A stretch of DNA of 64,000 nucleotides, from NCBI GenBank assembly GCA_964016885.1, contig OZ024741.1, forward strand, positions 61,318,001 to 61,382,000, written 5' to 3'. Source of the stretch: Eledone cirrhosa. Its lineage: Eukaryota. Made by a program: the position numbers and the translations under genes. How positions within the stretch are numbered: the stretch's first letter is position 1; every line of letters begins with the position of its first letter. Shown here in pieces: positions 27,486 to 41,158 of this stretch. The notes under the pieces are model-generated. The model was not told the origin of the DNA, did no database searches, and was given only the letters and a program-made list of their open reading frames with translations.

Positions 27486-28921
27486 TCATCATCATCATCA
27501 TCATCAACGTTTAACGTCCGTGTTCCACGCTTGCATGGGTTTGGACGGGGGTAGTCCCACTTGAGGCAAGAGTGATTGTCTTGCTCGCATAGGACTGTCT
27601 GGCAGGTTTTCTACAGTTGGATGCCCTTCCTAACACCAACCACATTTACAGTGTGGGTCTGGGAGGTTTTTACCGTGTTGCCTACACGGCCACATTACAG
27701 CGTGGACTGTGTGTTTTTTTGTCTTGACACCTATACGATCTCATTTGTTTCGGCCTCGATGGCGCGGCACCAACATAACTTTACATAGAACGGGGTGGTG
27801 TGGATGGGGTGGGGGTGGGGGTGGTGGGACGGGGTGTATTTTGTTAGAGATGCCTACTGGCTGGAGTAGGTTTTACTATATATTTAGGTAAGGCGGGTCT
27901 TCTCTGTTACTGAGTACCGCCAAAGGTCTCGGTCCAGTGACATTGTCTTGGAGAGGTGTAAGTGTGTGATGTCGGGGTTTATCAGCTCGTCCCAGGTTTT
28001 TCTAGGTCTGCCTATTCCGTGACTACCGTCTATCTTTATTGCCCTGCACTTTGTTATACAGCTATCGACTTTCATGCGCATCACGTGTCCATACCAACGT
28101 AGCCTTCTCTCGAGTAAACAACATCTGATCCCTCTTATCTCTAATTTTTTCCTTAGTTCGTTTATGCTTTGCCGTTCACGTATATTACTGTTACACATCC
28201 AGCGGAGCATGCAAGCTTCGTTCCTCTCTAGTCTGCGTATATCCTCTGCACACAATGCCCAGGTCTCACTGCCATGCAGCATTGCTGTTCGTATGCAGGC
28301 ATCGTACAACCTGCCTTTCATTTTTAGTGAGAACCCTTTAGCAGCTAGTAGTGGTATAAGCTCTCTGAACTTTTTCCACCCAGTTCTGACTCTAGCTACA
28401 GTACTTTCAGAGCACCCTCCCCCACTGCTGATTTTATCGCCCAGGTAACGGAAGCTGTCCACTATTTCTATAGAACCCTCTGCGCAATTGAAAGAGCTAG
28501 TAGTTTGTGGGCACTTGCTGCTACTTATTGCACCAGAGCACCGGCCACATGTAAAATCTATGTTCTTAGTTAGCTTACCTGTGATCCCACTACATCTTTT
28601 ATGCACCCATACTTTGCATTTAGGACATAAAATGGAGTTTCTACCTACGCCTTTCCTACACACCGAGCACGACCATTTCCCAGAAGGGACCGCCGCCTTG
28701 TTTTCTTTCCTACAAACTAGTACTTTGGTCTTAGCCAGGTTAATTTTAAGTCCTTTTGACTCTAGGCCGTGCTTCCATGTTTGGAATTTCTTCTCTAGCT
28801 CGGCCATTGATTCCGCTATGAGTGTATATACATATATAATTTTAAGTCCTTTTGACTCTAGGCCGTGCTTCCATGTTTGGAATTTCTTCTCTAGCTCGGC
28901 CATTGATTCCGCTATGAGTGT
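27486..28921 (-). mobile_element. 5'-truncated RTE copy, tail-to-tail with the full-length copy
   Basis: Reverse complement of ~25976-27315. The 5' junction is duplicated (28741-28836 / 28837-28932). Confidence 0.95.
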
Positions 28922-28927
28922 ATATAC

Positions 28928-29342
<415 letters not shown>

Positions 29343-29368
29343 CACATATATATACATATATATATATA

Positions 29369-30150
29369 TTGTTATACTTGGGGAGGGTCATATTTGTGTA
29401 ATATTGCCAGAATTAATAACAGAACACACTCACTGTTTGGTTGGTTTTCGCTTTTCTCTTCTGTCTTTTATATCGGTAATCTAATTTACTCGGTCCTCAA
29501 TGTTGCCATTGACTGACCGACGGTCAAAAATAATACAGATACAATATGGACGCAAACACATATATATAGTTTATCATAAATCTTTCGTTACACATCTGCA
29601 ACATCGTCAGTGGTGCTATTATTTCCTCCCGTTGTATTGTATGTCTACGCCATTTTTATTCAGTCTGTCTATATATTTATTTATTTATTTGCTTGTTTGT
29701 TTATTTCATTTTGTCTTCTTTGCGCATGTGTTTGCGTGTGTGTATAGTGTTTTGTTTGATGTGTGATGTGTGTTCATGATTGGGTGACTAGTGTGTGTTT
29801 ATGTGCTTGTGTATATATTTATTTATTTTATTTCATTTACTTATTTATACTTCTCTTAGGTCAGTGTTGTTTGTTTGGGTGTTGTTGTTATTCCATTCAT
29901 TCTTTCTGTTTAGTCTTGGTCTTCTAAGTTCTATTTCACTGGCCTCTCTGATTTGCCTATCATTCACTTTGCACTTAGGTAAGGCGGGTCTTCTTTATTA
30001 CTGTGTAGCGCCAAAGATCTCGGTCCAGTGACATTGTCTTGGAGAGGTGTAAGTGTGTGAGGTTGGAATTTATCAAGTCATCCCAGGTTTTTCTGGGTCT
30101 GCCTATTCCGTGGCTACCGTCTATTTTTTATTGCCCTGCACTTTTTTATA
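29369..30150 (-). mobile_element. Chimeric insertion: PLE family B 3' end (29369-29961) fused to an RTE fragment (29962-30150)
   Basis: 29369-29961 aligns to 4193-4793. 29962-30150 is the reverse complement of ~60523-60708 and has no RTE tail. Confidence 0.8.
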
Positions 30151-30201
30151 CATATATACATACATATACATACATACATATACATACATACATATATATA
30201 C

Positions 30202-30234
<33 letters not shown>

Positions 30235-32032
30235 CATACATATACATACATATACATACATATATATATATATACATACATACATACATATATATACATA
30301 TATATATATACATACATATATATATACATATATACATACATATATATACATATATACATACATATATATACATATATATATATACATATACATACATACA
30401 TATATATATATACATATATATACATATATACATATATATATATATACATATATCTGTATGTGTATTTTGTTTAATGTTTTTCTTTTTGGCTTCATTCTAG
30501 TAAAATGTTTTACCTTTTTTATTTTCCTTTTATATTTTAATTTGAAATTTATCTTTTTCTTGCCATCAGATAAAAGAAGACATTTCCCCCCCGTTTTTCT
30601 CAAGATTTTTCTTCTTTCTTGTATCTGATAATAAAGTTATCAGATGTAGCAATGAAAATTAAAGTTTTTTTTTTTAGATCATACAACCATCACCCTCCAC
30701 TCCACAACTTGATTTTCTGGTCAACTAAAGGTTATTGAAAGATTTTAATCAAACGTTTTTTCATCATTAAATATCGTGTACTTTTTTATTCTTATTTAGT
30801 TAAAGTTATTTTCCATTAAATGGAATCTAAAATATGTGCATCCCAACTCAAATGGCTATAATGATAGTTGATTGCTATAAATAATACTTGAGAATATCTA
30901 ATAAAAAACCCTCGGAGATAGATAAAAGAGGTCCAATGTATCTGTGTCAACCTTTTTTCACCTCCAGGGCACTTTACCCAATTTTCTCACCTAATACTTA
31001 TAGCGATCAACTATTATTATGGTCATTTGCATTGGGGCACTCATGTTTTCAAATGTTCAAATATTCCCAATGCATCTTAAGTCAAACAGCTTTATTTAGA
31101 AGATTCCTTTTGTATTTTTATTTTTTGGGGGGCGGGTGCTTATTTTAAATTTATTTATTTTACCTTTATTATTATTATTATTAGTTGTTGTTGTTATTTT
31201 TTTTTAGAGAAAAGGGAAGTGGGAGGAAAGATTTTATATTCTCTTTCTTTTTTTATCAACATCTGATCATTGTGAACTTGAACCCTGTGAAAAGTTTCAA
31301 AGCAAGAAATGCCTTATGGCTTATAATTGAAACTCTTCTCAGGTAACTGGTGAGCAGTAGATTTTAATTTCTCTACTGGTTCCTGTCCTTATTAAGACAC
31401 ATACTGCAGTTTTCTTGTGGATGACTGGTTATGGTTGAATGGTTAAGGAGTTTTCTTCACAAACATTAGGTCCCAGCTTCAATCCTACTGTGTGGAATCT
31501 TGAGCAAATGTCATTTTTCATAGCCAAGTTTTTTTATGATTGTTGACTCCTGTGTTGAAGAAGGGTGAAGGTGACTAGATGGGAGGAATATAGCCAGTGA
31601 TGAATGTTGTGAAGAAATATGAAATGAGATGTGTTGAGGAGCAATGAAAGTTACTAAGAATGAGGAGTTATGGAAATGAATGTGGAAGGAAATAGAGGAA
31701 GAGGGAGTCCAGGAAACATGACTAAAGATGATGGGAAAGGAAATAAAAGCAAGGGGGTTAACAACAACAACAACAACAACAATAATAATAATGATAATAA
31801 TAATAATAATAAAAATAATAATAATAAAATTATTGTGTACAGTGCTCAGGTGCACTACAACTCATCAAAGGTGTATGTATAGTACATAGAATAATGTTCT
31901 AATGTCAGGAAATTCTTCTGAATGAAACAGTTCTAGTCCAGTAGAAGGTATTTCTATATTAAACTTGATGTTTACATTCTACTAATATATTGACTACTTT
32001 ACTAACTGTGGTTACCCCGATTAAACCCAGGA

Positions 32033-32095
<63 letters not shown>

Positions 32096-32869
32096 GCATT
32101 CACAAACATACATACACATGAACAGTGTATCTATTTTAAACCACACACACAGCGTATTGCTACAACAACAACAACAATAGTAGTAGTAGTAAGAAACATA
32201 GGCACAGTAAGTGGACCTGGTGTAAAAAAAACAAACCTACTGAGGGAGGATTCAGATGTTAAGGTAAAAGGAAGAAGCTTGTCATAGGTCCCTTGCAATG
32301 CTAAGCTCTGCTTTAGTGGGGAAATGATCATAAAACAGTTGATGATTATAATAATTGAAAAATATCAAATTAAATACCTCTATCAGTGGCATAGTGGATA
32401 TGTATGTTTTGCTTTTTGCAATTTAAGAATAAAAGTCCTTAGTTCAATTCCAGTCAAAGACTATATACATTCAGGTATAGAACATTTAATGAATAGAGGA
32501 AATGTATCCAATCAAGACAGTGTACATATATAAATATTATAAATATATACTGTAACTATGAAGTTAAAAATCTGGAAAATTCTAACCTTATTAACTATCA
32601 CTTTTCACAGACAATTAGACATTTAATTAACAGTAAGTTTGTTTAAATGAGTGTACATTTAATTAATAAACAATACTGTCTGTGTTTAATTAGTTTATAA
32701 CATATATGACTTCCTCAAATTATAGACATTTCTAATTGCTAGCATTGCTGTGTGGTTAAATAGTACCATGTAGTTCTGAGTCCAATCCCACTGTGTAATA
32801 CTTTGATCAAGTCTATTGTAATATAGCTTCTGTTTGACCAATGCCTAGTGACTGAAATTTGGTAGATGG

Positions 32870-33090
32870 AATCTACACAAGTATATTTATTGATTGATAT
32901 GAGCTTCCCATGTGATCACAATATTGCAGCAAAAGAATTTGACAAACCCAGAAAATATAAAGATTTGCTCATTGAAATTGAAAGAAATGTGGCATCTCAA
33001 GGTGGTTTCAATACCAGCGATTGTAGGGGCACTAGGAATGATCAAAAGAGGAATAGAAAATTATTTTAGAATTATTCCAAAAAATTGTTT
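32870..33090 (+). mobile_element. R4/Dong-like restriction-like endonuclease relic (another at ~40975-41115, minus)
   Basis: LLIDMSFPCDHNIAAKEFDK..KYKDLLIEI / MWHLKVVSIPAIVGALG. Confidence 0.7.
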
Positions 33091-33819
33091 TAAATGGTTC
33101 AGTACAAGAAGAGCACTATTACAGTGAGAAAGATAATCTTCTATGTATTTTTTTTACATAACTTTATTTGATTATATTCCATAATTATGAAAGTTGTAAA
33201 TAACTTGTGAATAAGTTGTGAATATCATTCTATTGTAAATATGATTTTAAACAGATTGTAATAAAGCAAATTATATACATGTAAGTGTGTAAAGTGCATG
33301 ACATGAATAATCTGGTGTGATTATTTTTATGGCTTATCAATGTATGCAATAAATTTCTCTGCCCTAGGTGTTAAGAAGACGGTAAGAAGAAGGTGGTAAG
33401 AAATGAAAACAAAACTAATGAGGAAAACACAAATAATAATAATAATAATTATTATTATTATTATTATTATTATTATCATTATTATAAATAATTTACATAA
33501 ACTGATGCCATAACAAAAATCACTCTGTACTGGCGACATGATGAAAAATACCCATTCCATGCTGTAAATGTGGTTGGTGTTAGGAAAGGCATCCAGTAGA
33601 AACAAAGCCAGAAACAGTACTGTATGAGCAAGACATGGTCACCTGATCTGACTTATCTCACAATGGGACAACATGTCTAACCCATGCTGGCATGGAAAAT
33701 GGGCGTTGAGTAGCGATTATGATGATGGTGATGCTGAATAACGATAAATGCAATAGGGAACATAAAAGAAAGTAAGGAAAAAAATCACCTACATAGATAG
33801 CACACCCAGACCCCTAACA

Positions 33820-34090
33820 AAAATAGGCATAGACAAATTAGCTAGTATAACCACCCCCTCTTAAACAAAGCAGTGTCCAATAGATAGGAATATTTTCACC
33901 TTACTCAAGAAACAGTTCGCTTCACAACACAAGTATTACACCATCTTTAATAGAAATACAATTAGGCTCTGATACTCCACCACACATAACTTAGCTAGAA
34001 ACATCACAAATATTAACATATCAAAAATGAAAAACTCTAACACAACATCCGAAACCCATGGTGATACTGAGGCACTGTGTAACTGCCAAG
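33820..34090 (+). mobile_element. Decayed PLE thumb/linker fragment
   Basis: Translates across lesions to LLKKQFASQHKYYTIFNRNTIRL*YSTTHNLAR, resembling the PLE KHFP..HK...IFNRNT.K.SYS motif. Confidence 0.6.
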
Positions 34091-34139
34091 CTTATATAAA
34101 TTACTTATGATATTATTATTATTATATATAATAAAGAAG

Positions 34140-34682
34140 TGAAGGCGCATGGCTTAGTGGTTAAAGCATTGGGCTTGCAATCGAAAGGTTGTGAGTTCAA
34201 TTCTCGGACAGGGTGATGTGTTGTTTCCTTGAGCAAGACATTTTATTTTATGTTGCTCACGATGTGCTGTGACCAGCGACGCCGATCGGCGCCCGACAGA
34301 CTAGGTGATCAAGGTGATAATAAAGAAACCATTATATATATATATATATATATATATTATAGAGTCATTTTTCATTTCATTTCATTTTACGTCCGCTTTT
34401 TTCCTGCTTGCAAGGGTGGGACGGGAACTGATTCTGGCTTGATTTCTACAGTTGGATGCCCTTCCTAACACCAACCTCATTTACAGTGAGTGCTGGATGC
34501 TTTTTTGACGTGGCACCTCCACGACCACTTTGCAGTGGAATGATAGGGACCCCTGTCCCTATCATCTCATTTCTACAGCTGAGTGAACTGGAGCAATGTG
34601 AAATAAAGTGTCTTGCTCAAGGAAACAACACATCACCCAGTCTGAGAATTGAACTCACAACCTTTCGATTGCAAGGCCAATG

Positions 34683-34686
<4 letters not shown>
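34140..34686. mobile_element. SINE head (+, 34140-34260) and opposed near-complete SINE (-, 34364-34686) of the 7788 family
   Basis: Direct and reverse-complement identity to 7788-8095 and 11723-12062. Confidence 0.8.
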
Positions 34687-34756
<70 letters not shown>

Positions 34757-34829
34757 CATCACCATGAGTCTCATGGATTTAAGATCAGCTCTTACATATG
34801 GGTGATGCACAAGAGCAGTAAGTAGCAAG

Positions 34830-35290
34830 AGCTCACAGAAATGTCCAGAGGGTTCCATAGAAGTAGTTGATAGTTTCTGTACCTAGATGACCAATTCAGC
34901 AGTGGAAGTGGGGGTTCAGAAAGTATAGTAGCCAAAGTGAGAATGGGATGGAAAAAGTTCAGGGTCCTTCAAAATGAAAGGTAGATTGTATGCTGTGTGT
35001 ATATGAGCAGCAATGTTGCATGGTAGTGAGACCTGGACTCTGTGTAAAGAGGACTTATGAAGATTGGAAAAAAGCAAAGTGAACATGCTCTGATGGATGT
35101 TTAATAGCAGTTAGTATACATGAGCAATGAAGTATGAATGAGCTAAGAGAAAACTTGGACATAAGAAGCATCATTTGCAGTTTACAGGGGAGGAAACAGT
35201 GATGGTATGGACATATAATGTGTATGAAGGATGACAGTTGCATAAAGAAATGCAGGGTGCTTGAAGTTAAAGGTACCTTTCGAAGGTTAA
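34830..35290 (+). mobile_element. Older degraded RTE fragment
   Basis: Aligns to 26320-26775 (ggttccatagaagtagt, ggatggaaaaagttcag, catggtagtgagacctgg) with many lesions. Confidence 0.8.
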
Positions 35291-36700
35291 GATCATTCAC
35301 CTAGCCACATGTTCCAAAATGACTAATTACCTAGATAAGGGAGCCAACACAACCCTCATAAACATTAATTTTATCTGTAACAAATATCTAGATGACCAAA
35401 ACACACTATTTAATGACTCACTGACTGCCTCAATTCCATTTCATTCTTGTCATGTATTTGATTTAACTTTTATTTTTTTTAACTTAGTTATTATTTGCTT
35501 TCATCATAGATATCCCCTCTGCTTCCCCAATGTAGTCGGCCACTCCAAACCAATCAATCAAATTATAGCCATACCACTGAATTGAAACAAATTAAATGAA
35601 AATGATTAGTTTTATATATATGAGGGGTAATAATTTTTTATCAGGTATAATTTTATTATCATAACTTTATATCTGACACATTTTGTGACTGTATGTATTT
35701 TACAACTTTCAATATCTACATTTGTATTAATACAATTGATATTTCCCCAAACATATGTGGTAATATATTTGTATTCAATATTTTATATTAATATTTCAGT
35801 ACACTATGAACCATCAATGAGCGTGCGCACACACACACAGATGCATACACACGGTGGGATTTTTGACATTCCAATCTATGAAATTCCACTCACAAGCATT
35901 GGTCAACTCGAGCTATAGTAGAAGACACTTGCTCAAGGTCCTGTGCAGTGGAAGGTAAACCCAGAACCAGACAACCATGCATGTGGCTGCTGGTTATTTG
36001 AGAAAATTGTCGTATCTGGGAACAGATAAGCTGTAGAAAACAAAGGTCATATCCGCTGGCTTGTTTAGGTCAGCAAAACTGATGTTCAATTATATATAAT
36101 GGACATAATTATAGAATTTATGCATATTATTGCTTTTTAAAATGTTTCCAAGAATGCTGCATCATCACAGCATGAGACATGGAAATAAAAATTTGATTAA
36201 TATCAGTATCATTAGTGGAGTAAAATAAAACATATATACGCACATGCCTCAGATTATGAAGAAAACTAGTTATGGAATAAAATAACACACGAGTAAAAGA
36301 ATTCAATAACTTAATAAATACAAAATATTTTCATTCTCAACTCTGCCAACTTTAGCCATCATCATCATCAAAAATACAAAACAGTGCTATAACCATTACA
36401 TGAAACATTGAAGTCCACTCTAACTCAGCAAATTTTCCAATAATCTGTCCACTAGTAAATATACTATAAACGTTTGAATTAACAATTAACAAACATATTT
36501 TTTTATATTTTCTGTTAAATTATTGCAGGATGTTAAGAATTACAAAACAAAGTACTTTGTCAATTACAGCAACTGTTTGCAATAATCTGTTTGTCAGTAA
36601 AGCTGTTATAATCATTTGAATTAACAAACCTATTTTTTAACATTTTCTTCTGAATATTACAGGATATTGAAAGTTAAAAGAAAAACAGGAATTAACTTAC

Positions 36701-36816
36701 AGCTTCTTTTCTTTTCGTTCTTTGTTAACAGCATTAATGTTGTCTTCAATTTTCTCCAGGGCTCTCGGATGAATTTCACCGCATACATTCCAGATTTGGG
36801 GCCAACAAACTGCAGC
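36701..36816 (-). CDS. THUMPD3: Internal 116 bp coding exon of a host gene, probably a THUMPD3/Trm14-like tRNA (guanine-N2) methyltransferase
   Basis: Acceptor cttaattactgttttatag|GCT, donor AAGCT|gtaagt. Open phase-0 frame AAVCWPQIWNVCGEIHPRALEKIEDNINAVNKERKEKK(L), resembling the segment after DPMCGTGAIPIE in THUMPD3 (W....G(D/E)..P.A......NI). The assignment is from memory of the family, and no other exon was found in the window. Confidence 0.7.
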
Positions 36817-38097
36817 CTATAAAACAGTAATTAAGACCTTAATTAACCAAATTACAGCCTATGAAACAGTAATTAAGACACCAGTCAACCAAACTACAGC
36901 CTATGAAACAGTAATTAAGACACTAGTCAACCAAACTACAGCCTATAAAACAGTAATTAAGGCAATAACTACACTACATCCTATAGAACAGTAATTAAGA
37001 CAATAATTACACTACAGCTTATAGAACAGTAATTAAGACAATAATTACAGCTTATAAAACAGTAATTAAAACACCAATTAACCAAACTACAGCCTATAAA
37101 ACAGTAATTAAGACACCACTCAACCAAACTACAGCCTATAAAACAGTAATTAAAACACCAATCAACCAAACTACAGCCTATAAAACAGTAATTAAGACAA
37201 TAATTACACTACAGCCTATAGAACAGTAATTAAGACACCAGTCAACCAAACTACAGCCTATAAATCAGTAATTAGACAATAATTACACTACAGCCTATAA
37301 AACAGTAATTAAGGCAATAATTACACTACAGCTTATAGAACAGTAATTAAGACAATAATTACAGCTTATAAAACAGTAATTAAAACACCAATTAACCAAA
37401 CTACAGCCTATAAAACAGTAATTAAGACACCACTCAACCAAACTACAGCCTATAAAACAGTAATTAAAACACCACTCAACCAAACTACAGCCTATAAAAC
37501 AGTAATTAAGACACCACTCAACCAAACTACAGCCTATAAAACAGTAATTAAGACACCACTCAACCAAACTACAGCCTATAAAACAGTAATTAAGACACCA
37601 CTCAACCAAACTACAGCCTATAAAACAGTAATTAAGACACCAATCAACCAAACTACAGCCTATAAATCAGTAATTAAGACACCCCTCAACCAAACTACAG
37701 CCTATAAAACAGTAATTAAAACACCAATTAACCAAACCTCAGCCTATAAAATAGTAATTAAGACACTAATTTCACCGAATCCTATAAAACAGTAAGTAAG
37801 ACACCAATTAGCCTACGACACTAATTAACCAATCTACAGCCTATAAAACTAATTAAGACAATAATTAACCAAACTACAGCCTATAAAACAGTAATTAACT
37901 AAACTGCAGCCTATGAAACAGATTAGACCTTAATTAACTAAACTACAGCCTATAAAATAATAATCAAGACACTAATTACACTGCAGCCTATAAAACAGTA
38001 ATCAAGACACTAATTACTCACAGCCTATGAAACAGTAATTAAGACACTAATTAACCAAACTACAGCCTATAAAACAGTAATGAAGGCACCAGTAAAC
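36805..38097 (-). repeat. Minisatellite, ~30 units of mostly 42 bp (shorter variants present), derived from the intron/exon boundary
   Basis: Minus-strand unit GCTGTAGTTTGGTTGAGTGGTGTCTTAATTACTGTTTTATAG. The last unit runs into the exon start GCTGCAGTTTG. Confidence 0.95.
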
Positions 38098-38334
38098 TGA
38101 TACACAATTTTGTGTATATATATAACAATTGTATATATTTACAAACCGGAAGAGAGAAAAAGAGTAAAAAAGAAAATGGAAGAAAAGAATAAATAAAAAG
38201 GAAAGAAATGGGGAGGGGAGCAATCATTACTTTCTCAGCTGGACAGTATATCTCTGCTACAACCCTTGGACGTGGTAGTAAAAACATTGCAGTGGTAAAT
38301 GATGATGATGATAATTATGACCACGACCATGGCA

Positions 38335-38950
38335 TATAGTTATGACCCTTTACATTCAAAGTTCAAATCTCGCCAATGTTAGCTTCGCTTTTCATCCTTA
38401 CAGGGTCAATAAAATAAAGTACCAGTCACAGATTGGAGTCGATTTAATCGACCCTCCCCCGGCTCCAAAAAATTAACGGCCTTATGCCTAAATCAGAAAC
38501 CATTATTATGATTTGGCAAAGGGCAGTAGAATGGCAGAATCAGTAGAGCATTGGATAACATGCTTAGTGACATAGAGTTATGGCCCTTAGCGTTCCGAGT
38601 TCAAATCTCACCAACGTTAGCTTTACCTTTCATCCTTGTGGGATCAATAAAATAAAGTACCAGTAATGCACTGGAGTCAATTTAATTGACTTTTCCTTCC
38701 CTCAAAATTGCTGGCCTTGTGCCTAAATCAGAAACCATTATTATGATTGAGGACAGTGGATTGGCAGAGTCAGTAGATCATCGAACAAAATGTCTCATAA
38801 CATTTAATTACTGTCCTTTATGTTTTAAGTTCAAGTTACATCAAGGTCAACTTTGCCTTTAATTTTTCTGTAGTCAATAAAATACAGTCTCATATAATCA
38901 ATTTTCTCTTACTCTAAACTTCATGCCTAGTGCTTAGATTAGAAAACATT
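38335..38950 (+). mobile_element. Three tandem copies of the second SINE family
   Basis: Units at ~38335, 38520 and 38750, each with agttcaa, a tttcatcct-like core and a gcctaaatcagaaaccattatt-like end. Confidence 0.75.
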
Positions 38951-38959
38951 ATTATTACT

Positions 38960-40840
38960 ATTATTTGAAACTATTTTTGAATTCTGCTTCTTTCCTAAAT
39001 CATGCCGAGTGTCAACCTGACACCTGAGGCAAAATTTGATAATGTCTTTACAAGGTTTTTAAATTGATAATGCCCTTCTTAGGACAAGGACAGTGCCAGT
39101 CAGCACTATTTCCAAATATTCTAAAGTTCCCTTTTTTATCATATAAGTGCAATTGGTATTGTACAGGCTTTAAGATGCCACATTTTCTCAATTTCAATTA
39201 TCAGATCTTTACACTTACTGAGCTTTCCAAACTCTTTGCAGGAGATGTTACGATCTGATGAAATGCACATGTCAAATGAGAAACATGTTTTCTCTTTATG
39301 ATCATTCACAATTATATCAGGTCTGTTGGCATTGATTGTTCTGTCAGTGTTCACAGCGAAATCCCATAGGATTATCACATTCTTGCCTCCTGTTACTGCA
39401 TCTGGGTTATGGTTCTACATTTTTCTTCTGTTTTCAGACCATAGAACCTGCACAATACCAAGTGTAAGTATTGCCCCATTCTATCATACCCTGTTATATA
39501 TTCCTGGGGAGCTAATATTTTGCAGCCTGAAACCTGGTGGTTAATGGTTTCAACATTCTCATCACAGAATCAATATTTTGGGTCAATTCCATTTCTGATC
39601 ACATTGGCTTGAAAGTTGTGTTTAAAAGACACTGGTCTTATGCAGCCGAAATGAAGCCCTCACTCTCAGCCTTTAGCCCAGAACTCCACAGCCACGGTTT
39701 GGTGAGAGCTTGATCTACATCAAGTTCTTTGCTAAAGAGAACATACTGCCCATGCAGTGGTTTTTGCTCCCATTTAGTGCACAGACTCTGTTGACCATGT
39801 TTCGTCAACACTTTGATATTCTTTGCGGTTTTAATAACAGAATTGTCATTATTTTCAAAGTTTTTCTGCTAACTTCTTAATTTTCTTTGTGACTGAATAT
39901 AACCTCTTCTTCCTTTCATGATCTGCAATCATTTTCATTATCCAACCATCTGTGTTTTTAAGGCACTGATCAATATCCTGTATGACAGCTCAAACTGAAT
40001 CATTCCTCTACCTCTGTTTTGTCTGAGGAGATAGAGGCGATCCACATCTGATGTATTTTATTACAGGTAAAAATATTCCTGATCTTGCTGCCCCTTCTCT
40101 TAATTTCATTAACATTCTAATTTATGATATTGAAATTGTAGGTGACAACTGGGATTGCAAGCGCATTTATGGCAGATAGTTTATTCTTCGATTTGAGCTC
40201 AGTTTTCAAAACAGCACATACTCTCTGGTAGCATTCCTTCCTGATTCTCTCTTTCATGCTGGCATGGTGAACACCTTGGCCTTCATTGGTCCCTAGATAC
40301 CTGTAATCTTGTTTCTGTTCTAGTTCCCTAATTACTATATTCACGTCTATTTCCATTGAGTTTGTGCTTGTCATTCTGTTCTCGAATGTTGCTTTTGCAC
40401 ATTTTTCCAATCCAAACTCCATCCCTACATCATTGCTGAACACCTTAACTGTCTTCAGTAGTTCATTGTCATTTTTGGCATTCAGTTTCAAGTCATCCAT
40501 ATAAAACAAGTGATTTAGGCTTTTGCTGTCTATTTTGTAGCCATATTTTGCTTTGTTGAGTGGTAAAAACAGCATTGTGAGAAGACAGGAGAAAATGAAT
40601 CACCTTGAAAAATCCAACAGTTAATATTTATGCTGCTGGAATTTATAGTTCCATCACTGTGCTACAACAATAGATTTGTATTCCATATACATATGTTGTA
40701 TTTAAGGAAATTTTCAGAACAACCTAAGTTTTCAAAATCCATGAGTGGCGAATACTGTCAAATGCTTTCTTACAGTCAATCCAAGCAGTACTCAGATTTC
40801 TATACATTTTATGACAGTTTTCCAGAATCATGCACTTAAT
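38960..40840 (-). mobile_element. Degraded R4/Dong-clade LINE (RT + restriction-like endonuclease)
   Basis: NHLFYMDDLKL...MEFGLEKCAK (40117-40575) and ILWDFAVNTDRTINANRPDII...DLIIEIEKMW (39139-39378). The 3' end abuts an (ATT)n tract. Confidence 0.85.
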
Positions 40841-41113
40841 GAGAAGTTGGTCTTTGCACTAATAAGATCCAGAGCAACAACCTTATTATTAGTAGTAGTA
40901 TTGGTAGAGGGTCGAACGCCATGCTTTGCAGCATAGAGTTATGGCTCTTTACAGTCTGAGTTCAAATGAATTTTTTCATGTGGTTGTAGAAATCTGGTAG
41001 GATTGATCCAAAGCACAAATATTCACATGAATGGTGCATATCTCTTTATTCCACATCTTTTCTATTTCTACCCTACACTCACAATAATTTCCTAACTTCT
41101 CACTTCTCTTTTC

Positions 41114-41158
<45 letters not shown>

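Noticed and set aside
36805-38097. Minisatellite considered as a CRISPR array or a Cys-rich repeat protein (LNYCFIGCSLVEWC)n
   Set aside because: It has no unique spacers and the context is eukaryotic. The ORF arises from a 42 bp period and is out of frame with the adjacent exon.
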